From sequence record SRR20825010_2222: a DNA stretch of 25,625 nucleotides; one strand, written 5' to 3'. The notes below the pieces were generated by a model, which saw only the letters and a list, made by a program, of their open reading frames with translations, was not told the DNA's origin and did not search any database. This document shows positions 9,738 through 15,703 of the stretch, piece after piece (position 1 is the stretch's first letter; each line of letters starts with the position of its first letter). Made by a program: the position numbers and the translations under genes.

Positions 9738-10502
9738 TTAAACCTCTATAACCAGATTGTCATATGCCAAATGCACATTTTCTGGAAGCAGTTTCTCCAC
9801 CTCATCATGAAAACCCAATAAGTGGCTTATATGGGTCAAATAAGCCGTTTTAGGCTTTACGATATCGATGAATTCCAAGGCTTCCTCCAAATTAAAATGG
9901 GAATGGTGTGGTTCTATCCTCAGGGCATTGACTACCAGTGTGTTAACCCCTTTTATTTTTTCCATTTCTACTTTTTCCATGCTTTTTACATCGGTTAGAT
10001 AAACAAAGTCCTGTATTCTAAACCCAAAAACCTGTAATCTATTGTGTTGCGCCTCTACAGGTATCGCCATTAAATTTCCGATCCTAAATGGCTTATTATT
10101 TTTAATCGTATTGATGTCTACTGCAGGGGCACCCGGATATCTATTTTCATCGGCGAATATATAATCGAACCGTTCCTTGATCGAAGTCACAACCCGTTCA
10201 TGGGCATAGATAGGAATATCCCCCTGTCTAAAAAAAAAGGGTCTTATATCATCTATTCCCGCAGTATGGTCGGAATGTTCATGGGTAAATAATATTCCAT
10301 CTATCTTTACCACATTATTGGCAAGCATTTGCTGTCTAAAATCGGGGCCACAATCTATTACATAATTATAGGAATCCCAAGAAACCATTACCGAAACCCG
10401 TAGCCGTTTATCCTTGGAATTATTGCTTAAACAGACAGGGTGTTTGCTCCCAATTACGGGGATTCCCTGCGATGTTCCAGTACCTAAAAAAGTTATTTTC
10501 AA
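9738..10502 (-). CDS. MBL-fold metallo-hydrolase (PhnP-like phosphodiesterase)
   Basis: FLGTGTSQGIP, IDCGPD, THEHSDH, YLTD and THISH motifs. TTG start. Confidence 0.9.
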   Translation of the reverse strand: MKITFLGTGTSQGIPVIGSKHPVCLSNNSKDKRLRVSVMVSWDSYNYVIDCGPDFRQQMLANNVVKIDGILFTHEHSDHTAGIDDIRPFFFRQGDIPIYAHERVVTSIKERFDYIFADENRYPGAPAVDINTIKNNKPFRIGNLMAIPVEAQHNRLQVFGFRIQDFVYLTDVKSMEKVEMEKIKGVNTLVVNALRIEPHHSHFNLEEALEFIDIVKPKTAYLTHISHLLGFHDEVEKLLPENVHLAYDNLVIEV

Positions 10503-10520
10503 TCTTATATCTATTTAATC

Positions 10521-10570
10521 CAAATTTATAACTATTTTATTTAATAGATAACTCAATCTTTTTAACTTTG
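10521..10570. promoter_or_regulatory. Divergent housekeeping promoters
   Basis: TAAATTTG on - at 10521-10528 (toward the MBL gene) and TAACTTTG on + at 10563-10570 (toward 10591). Confidence 0.6.
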
Positions 10571-10590
10571 CTACAAGCAAATAAGACACT

Positions 10591-12051
10591 ATGTCCAATA
10601 TTTTTAAGAAAGAAATCGCTTTTACCAATGTTCCGTCCATTAAGGCAAAAACTTTAAGGATAAATTTGAATCCAGATATTTACGGTACATTTTCTGAAAT
10701 AGGTGCAGGACAAGAAACTTCAGCGCACTTTTTTAGGTCGGGCGGTGCTTCTGGTACCATTGCAAAAGCGATGAGTGCATACGATAAGGATTTTAGTGAT
10801 GCTATTTATGGTATAGAGGAAGACGGTAGGTATGTAACCCAGTCCAGGTTAAAAAAAATGTTGGCCCATGAAATGGAAAACATGGACAATAGGATAAGCC
10901 GAGAAAAACATCCCGACAGATTGTTTTTTTCCTATGCCAATACTGTTGCTACTATTGATTTCTCCAAGAGATACAAAGGGCACGGGTGGATCGGAATACG
11001 TTACCAATTGGATCCCAAACAAAAAGAATTAAACGAAATTATCCTGCATATCCGCTTTAAACAAAATGAAGCGAGGTTGCAACAGGAAACCTTGGGTATT
11101 GTTGGTGTCAATCTTATTTACGGTGCATTTTACAAATATGACAAGCCTAGAAAATTACTAAAATACCTTTATGACCATATTGACAAGGATACGGTTGAAA
11201 TAGATATGGTTAATTTTTCTGGACCTAATTTTGCAGAAGTCGATAACAGGTTAATGAGTTTACAGCTTGTTAAGAATGATATGACCGATGCCGTAATGTT
11301 TGGACCTGATGGCAATAATCTTTTGCCGGCGACCATTCTTTACAAAAAAAATATTTTGGCTTTACGTGGTAGCTTTAGACCGGTGACCAAGGTTAATATG
11401 GATATGTTTAAAAAATCCTATGAAATATTCATCAGGGAGCCCAGTGTTGAGGAAGAAAATACCGTAGTAATATTTGAAATTACCCTTTCCAACCTTCGAG
11501 CTTCCGGAGAGATAGACGAACAGGATTTTATGGATCGGGCGGAACTATTATGTTCTTTGGGCCACACGGTAATGATTTCGAAATTTCAGGAATACTTTAA
11601 ACTCGTTGAATATTTTAGCAATTATACCAAATCCAAGATTGGCCTTACCATGGGGGTAAACAATTTGGTCGATATTTTTGATGAAAAATACTACCGCCAT
11701 CTTAGTGGTGGTATCCTAGAGGCATTTGGTAAATTATTCTTTAAAGATCTTAAAGTTTACCTATATCCAATGCGCAACGAGGAGACTGGTCAAATAATGA
11801 CAAGTAACACCATAAAAGTCCATCCTAGAATGAAAGAATTGTACAAATTCTTCAAATACAATGGCAAGGTCATGGACATTATTGATTACGACCCGGAAAT
11901 ACTACATGTTTTCTCCAGGGATGTTCTCAAAAAAATAATCAACGGCGAAGAAGGTTGGGAATCCGTGCTTCCTGAGGGAATTGCGGAAATTATAAAAAAG
12001 AAGAAACTTTTTATTCGTAAACCCATAGAGGAAGAACAGGAAAAAGTGTAA
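10591..12051 (+). CDS. CinA/PncC-like plus nucleotidyltransferase (NadD-like) two-domain protein
   Basis: N-terminal EIGAGQE...GGASGTI...AY resembles the PncC/CinA-C fold. LRGSFRPVTKVN and C-terminal W...LPEGIAEIIK...LF resemble NadD. Confidence 0.6.
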   Translation: MSNIFKKEIAFTNVPSIKAKTLRINLNPDIYGTFSEIGAGQETSAHFFRSGGASGTIAKAMSAYDKDFSDAIYGIEEDGRYVTQSRLKKMLAHEMENMDNRISREKHPDRLFFSYANTVATIDFSKRYKGHGWIGIRYQLDPKQKELNEIILHIRFKQNEARLQQETLGIVGVNLIYGAFYKYDKPRKLLKYLYDHIDKDTVEIDMVNFSGPNFAEVDNRLMSLQLVKNDMTDAVMFGPDGNNLLPATILYKKNILALRGSFRPVTKVNMDMFKKSYEIFIREPSVEEENTVVIFEITLSNLRASGEIDEQDFMDRAELLCSLGHTVMISKFQEYFKLVEYFSNYTKSKIGLTMGVNNLVDIFDEKYYRHLSGGILEAFGKLFFKDLKVYLYPMRNEETGQIMTSNTIKVHPRMKELYKFFKYNGKVMDIIDYDPEILHVFSRDVLKKIINGEEGWESVLPEGIAEIIKKKKLFIRKPIEEEQEKV

Positions 12052-12067
12052 TACATCAAAAATCTTT

Positions 12068-12112
12068 AACAAGGGGCTGTCTTAATATTTTAATTTAGGA
12101 TAGCCCCTTGTT
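12068..12112. terminator. Hairpin between convergent genes (likely bidirectional terminator)
   Basis: AACAAGGGGCTGTCTTAA / TTAGGATAGCCCCTTGTT inverted repeat with 2 G-U pairs. Confidence 0.75.
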
Positions 12113-12125
12113 TATATACCTCCCT

Positions 12126-12575
12126 TTATAGAAGTTGTGCAGCGTGATCTTTAGTCTTTACCTTGTCTATCACCTTTTCTACAACGCCGTCCCCATCAAT
12201 TACAAAAGTCATTCTGTGAATACCGTCATATTTTTTTCCCATGAACTGTTTTGGCCCCCAAACCCCAAAAATATTAATGACGGTATGGTCTTCATCCGCT
12301 AATAATGGAAAGGGAAATTGATATTTATTTTTAAAATTTAGTTGACGTTTCTGTGAATCGGCGCTGACACCTAGGAGCTCATAACCTTCAGCTTTTAGTT
12401 CGGCATAATTATCCCGTAAATTACAGGCTTCAGCCGTACATCCGGGAGTACTTGCCTTTGGATAGAAAAAGACAATTAATTTTTTACCTTTATAGTCGGA
12501 AAGATTAATAATATTACCGTTTTCATCCTTGGCCGAAAATGTGGGCACCTTATCCCCTACTTTTAAAGTCTTCAT
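12126..12575 (-). CDS. bcp: Thioredoxin-dependent thiol peroxidase (BCP/PrxQ)
   Basis: FYPKASTPGCTAEAC motif, GVSAD and FPFPLLAD. Confidence 0.95.
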   Translation of the reverse strand: MKTLKVGDKVPTFSAKDENGNIINLSDYKGKKLIVFFYPKASTPGCTAEACNLRDNYAELKAEGYELLGVSADSQKRQLNFKNKYQFPFPLLADEDHTVINIFGVWGPKQFMGKKYDGIHRMTFVIDGDGVVEKVIDKVKTKDHAAQLL

Positions 12576-12662
12576 AGTTAAATTTTAAGTAAATTTATAT
12601 TTAAAACACACCCAAACGAATGGGCGTTGCTATATTTATATTTTTATAAAATTACGCAATAA

Positions 12663-13325
12663 ATGACGAAAGCGGAAAAAGTAAACTTTGCCATTGAAAC
12701 TTTACAAACAATATATCCAACCATCCCAGTTCCGTTAGACCACAAAGACCCTTATACGCTACTTATTGCAGTATTATTATCTGCGCAAAGTACAGATGTT
12801 AGGGTTAATCAGATTACGCCTTTACTCTTTGCCAGGGCAGATAATCCTTATGACATGGTAAAAATGACAGCTGAAGAAATAAGGGAAATTATTAAGCCCG
12901 TTGGACTATCACCAATGAAATCCAAAGGAATCTATGGACTATCCAAAATCCTAATTGAAAAATATGACGGACAGGTTCCACAAGAAATGGAACTTTTGGA
13001 ACAATTACCTGCAGTAGGTCATAAAACAGCAAGCGTGGTGGTCTCCCAAGCCTTTGGTATACCGGCTTTTCCGGTAGATACCCACATACATAGACTTATG
13101 TACCGCTGGGGGTTTTCCAATGGTAAAAATGTAGTACAAACTGAAAGGGATGCGAAAAGATTGTTCCCGAGAAAATTATGGAACGACCTTCATTTACAGA
13201 TAATATGGTACGGAAGGGAATATTCCCCTGCAAGAGGGTGGAATTTGGAAAAAGACGTAATAACCAAAACAATAGGAAGAAAAAAAGTTTTGGACGCCTA
13301 CTACAAAACAAAAAATCCCAACTAA
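12663..13325 (+). CDS. nth: Endonuclease III (HhH-GPD DNA glycosylase/AP lyase)
   Basis: LLIAVLLSAQSTD, HhH LPAVGHKTA and FPVDTH. The C-terminal Fe-S cysteines are absent. Confidence 0.9.
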   Translation: MTKAEKVNFAIETLQTIYPTIPVPLDHKDPYTLLIAVLLSAQSTDVRVNQITPLLFARADNPYDMVKMTAEEIREIIKPVGLSPMKSKGIYGLSKILIEKYDGQVPQEMELLEQLPAVGHKTASVVVSQAFGIPAFPVDTHIHRLMYRWGFSNGKNVVQTERDAKRLFPRKLWNDLHLQIIWYGREYSPARGWNLEKDVITKTIGRKKVLDAYYKTKNPN

Positions 13326-13340
13326 GCGTTGGGATTTTTT
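13310..13340. terminator. Bidirectional intrinsic terminator
   Basis: Perfect 13-bp stem AAAAAATCCCAAC-taagc-GTTGGGATTTTTT, overlapping the nth stop and 3 nt from the convergent microprotein stop. Confidence 0.85.
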
Positions 13341-13343
13341 AGT

Positions 13344-13487
13344 CTAGTTTAAATTATTTTCGAATTGAATATTACTATATTCAACTATTTGCAAAGATTT
13401 GGAATAGCCAATCAAAAACTTAATAGTTTCAGGACTTGCTTTGGCAAGTTTACACTTGTGTTGATTCTCAGAGTAAATTTTTTCCAT
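13344..13487 (-). CDS. ECF-sigma-associated microprotein, copy A (47 aa: MEKIYSENQHKCKLAKASPETIKFLIGYSKSLQIVEYSNIQFENNLN)
   Basis: Translated by hand and not in the ORF track. Homologous to 14655-14807, at the same offset behind its sigma gene, and immediately followed by a terminator. Confidence 0.85.
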   Translation of the reverse strand: MEKIYSENQHKCKLAKASPETIKFLIGYSKSLQIVEYSNIQFENNLN

Positions 13488-13498
13488 AGGATTATAGT

Positions 13499-13519
13499 AT
13501 TGTTATGTTAAGATAACGC
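13499..13519 (-). promoter_or_regulatory. Conserved spacer motif GCGTTAT-N6-ATAACAAT (copy A)
   Basis: GCGTTATCTTAACATAACAAT. The same motif occurs at 14816-14836. Confidence 0.55.
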
Positions 13520-13559
13520 TACTAAAATGGAAATATTGTCCGGTTCGTCCTATGACCTA

Positions 13560-14141
13560 TTAATTCGTTAAAACGATATTATGTTTTTCAATGATTTTTC
13601 TAAGGTTTATAAGCGCGTATCTCATTCTTCCCAAGGCTGTATTGATGCTAACCCCAGTGTTTTCGGAGATCTCCTTAAAACTCATGTCCCTGTAAATACG
13701 CATTAAAAGAACTTCTTTTTGATCGTCCGGTAATTCTTCGATCAATAAGGTAAGATCAGAATCTATTTGATCCTTGATAAGTTGTTTTTCTACATTAAGT
13801 TTATCATCACCAATTACGGAAAAGATATTAAAATCATCATTCCCCTCAAACATTGGCATTCTTTTGTTTCTTCTAAAGTGATCTATTACCAGGTTATGGG
13901 CTATTCTCATAACCCAAGGCAAAAACTTGCCTTCCTCGCTATAATTTCCCTTTTTCAAGGTCTTGATTACTTTAATAAAGGTGTCCTGAAAAATGTCCTC
14001 TGAAACATCACGGTCCAATACCTTGGAATAAATAAAGCTACTAATACGCTGGTTGTGCCTGTTGATCAAAACCTCTAAAGCTTTTTCATTACCGTTGATG
14101 TAATCCTTTACTAATACTGAGTCATCTATTTGCAGTTCCAT
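13560..14141 (-). CDS. ECF (group 4 sigma-70) RNA polymerase sigma factor, copy A
   Basis: EDIFQDTFIK, F.PW..RIAHN..ID region 2, and MSFKEISE..G.SINT..GR region 4 HTH. Confidence 0.95.
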   Translation of the reverse strand: MELQIDDSVLVKDYINGNEKALEVLINRHNQRISSFIYSKVLDRDVSEDIFQDTFIKVIKTLKKGNYSEEGKFLPWVMRIAHNLVIDHFRRNKRMPMFEGNDDFNIFSVIGDDKLNVEKQLIKDQIDSDLTLLIEELPDDQKEVLLMRIYRDMSFKEISENTGVSINTALGRMRYALINLRKIIEKHNIVLTN

Positions 14142-14654
14142 ACAAAATATTGTTTTTGGTTAAACTAGGGGGCCTCCCCTTTCGGTTCGGACTTTTTTTT
14201 ATTACTTCTTCTTTTTTGAAGACTTTAAATCTTCATTGTTAATTAGTAACAGGATAAAAGTATATAAATGGTAAGCTGTGCAAAAAACTATGTTGTAAAA
14301 CCCCCGTTAATTGATGTCAAATGCCAATTTTCTTATTTTACGCATAATAATTTGGAAAAATTGAAGTTGAAAGGGCCTGAGGAAATTAATGTTGGAACTA
14401 TTTATTATTGTCAGCTGCCGGAAAGATAATATCACCTATATATAAGGAATATAGAAAACACTGTAAAGTTTATTGTAATTGGCCCATAAAAGGGAGGTAT
14501 GGTTATAGACGTAATGGGAGATGCAATCTATTGGAAAATAAAATATTGGGAGTTTACTTTCAGGCTATGGCCTTTTAAAGCCATGCCCACCTGCTTATGT
14601 AACCATTACGTCACTATAGAGACCTAACAGCTAATGTAAAACTGTTGTAAGTTT

Positions 14655-14807
14655 TTAGTTTAGGCAATGTTCATCCAATTCATCATTACACTTATCACTT
14701 TTAATAATGTAAAGGGATTTAGAGTAATTCAACAAAAAATCTATCTTGGACCTGCGTGTAGACATTAATTTACAATTGTTCTTTGTAGTAACGTTGAATT
14801 TCCCCAT
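14655..14807 (-). CDS. ECF-sigma-associated microprotein, copy B (50 aa: MGKFNVTTKNNCKLMSTRRSKIDFLLNYSKSLYIIKSDKCNDELDEHCLN)
   Basis: Translated by hand. Shares CKL, I.FL..YSKSL.I and terminal LN with copy A. Confidence 0.8.
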   Translation of the reverse strand: MGKFNVTTKNNCKLMSTRRSKIDFLLNYSKSLYIIKSDKCNDELDEHCLN

Positions 14808-14815
14808 AATAATAT

Positions 14816-14836
14816 ATTGTTATTGTCAAATAACGC
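14816..14836 (-). promoter_or_regulatory. Conserved spacer motif GCGTTAT-N6-ATAACAAT (copy B)
   Basis: GCGTTATTTGACAATAACAAT, 8 nt before the microprotein ATG. Confidence 0.55.
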
Positions 14837-14878
14837 AAGTGTTATGAAGAAATTAACCAAATTGGGTTGTAAGACCTA

Positions 14879-15460
14879 TTAATTCGTTAAAATAATGTTG
14901 TTCTTTTCTACAATCTTCCTAAGGTTGATAAGTGCATAGCGCATTCTGCCCAAGGCAGTGTTAATACTTACCCCTGTATTTTCAGATATTTCCTTAAAGC
15001 TCATATCCTTATATAGGCGCATTTCCAAAACTTCCATCTGATCTTTTGGCAATTCCTTGATAAGTAGGGTAAGATCCTGATCTATCTGGTCTTTGATAAT
15101 TCGTCTTTCAGCATTTAACTGATCATCGCTAATTATGGAGAATATATTGAAATCATTGTTGCCTTCAAATCTGGGCATTCGTTTATTCTTTCTAAAATAA
15201 TCTATTATTAGGTTGTGGGAAATACGCATTACCCAAGGCAAAAATTTTCCTTCTTCATTATAATTACCCTTCTTAAGGGTTCTTATAACCTTTATAAAGG
15301 TATCTTGAAAAATATCTTCTGTAATTTCCCGATCTTGTACTTTGGAATAAATAAAACTGCTAAGTCGCTGGTTGTGACGGTCAATTAGTTTTTCCAGGGC
15401 TCTTTCGTCCCCGTTCATGTAGTCTTTTACTAATACTGAATCTTCTATTAATAGTTCCAT
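14879..15460 (-). CDS. ECF RNA polymerase sigma factor, copy B
   Basis: Same motifs as copy A. 193 aa, about 37 substitutions by manual alignment. Confidence 0.95.
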   Translation of the reverse strand: MELLIEDSVLVKDYMNGDERALEKLIDRHNQRLSSFIYSKVQDREITEDIFQDTFIKVIRTLKKGNYNEEGKFLPWVMRISHNLIIDYFRKNKRMPRFEGNNDFNIFSIISDDQLNAERRIIKDQIDQDLTLLIKELPKDQMEVLEMRLYKDMSFKEISENTGVSINTALGRMRYALINLRKIVEKNNIILTN

Positions 15461-15462
15461 AC

Positions 15463-15544
15463 AAATTACTTTTTTGAGGCTAAAATTCCATACCTGTTGT
15501 GTGTTACAAGTGTATTTTTTAGCAAAATTTTAAAAAAGTAATTT
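15463..15544 (-). promoter_or_regulatory. 5'-UTR hairpin covering the translation-initiation region of sigma copy B
   Basis: Perfect 13-bp inverted repeat (15463-15475 / 15532-15544) with a nested 7-bp repeat (15479-15485 / 15517-15523). Confidence 0.6.
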
Positions 15545-15579
15545 TATTACGTATAGGCTATTTAGGGTTTATTATGCAT

Positions 15580-15609
15580 CAAATATAGAAAAAAATAAAT
15601 CGAATCAAA
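15580..15609 (-). promoter_or_regulatory. Housekeeping promoter TTTG-N18-TATATTTG for sigma copy B
   Basis: -7 box at 15580-15587 and -33 TTTG at 15606-15609 on the minus strand. Confidence 0.65.
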
Positions 15610-15678
15610 CTACTTTCCTTCAATGAATATAATTTAGTTGTAGGACAAAGGCTACTAGCGAATAAAACTCACATATCG

Positions 15679-15686
15679 TATCTTTG
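15679..15686 (+). promoter_or_regulatory. -7 box TATCTTTG for uvrA
   Basis: Matches TAnnTTTG, 17 nt upstream of the ATG. Confidence 0.6.
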
Positions 15687-15703
15687 CAAACTTAAATACG
15701 AGC

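Noticed and set aside
14563-14587. Hairpin GGC(T)ATGGC...GCCATGCC as terminator of module B
   Set aside because: No U-tract on the minus strand and a short stem, so it cannot be supported
13344-15600. RNA-guided dCas12f/TnpB-associated sigma system
   Set aside because: No Cas12f/TnpB-like or HTH gene and no guide-like repeat next to the sigmas
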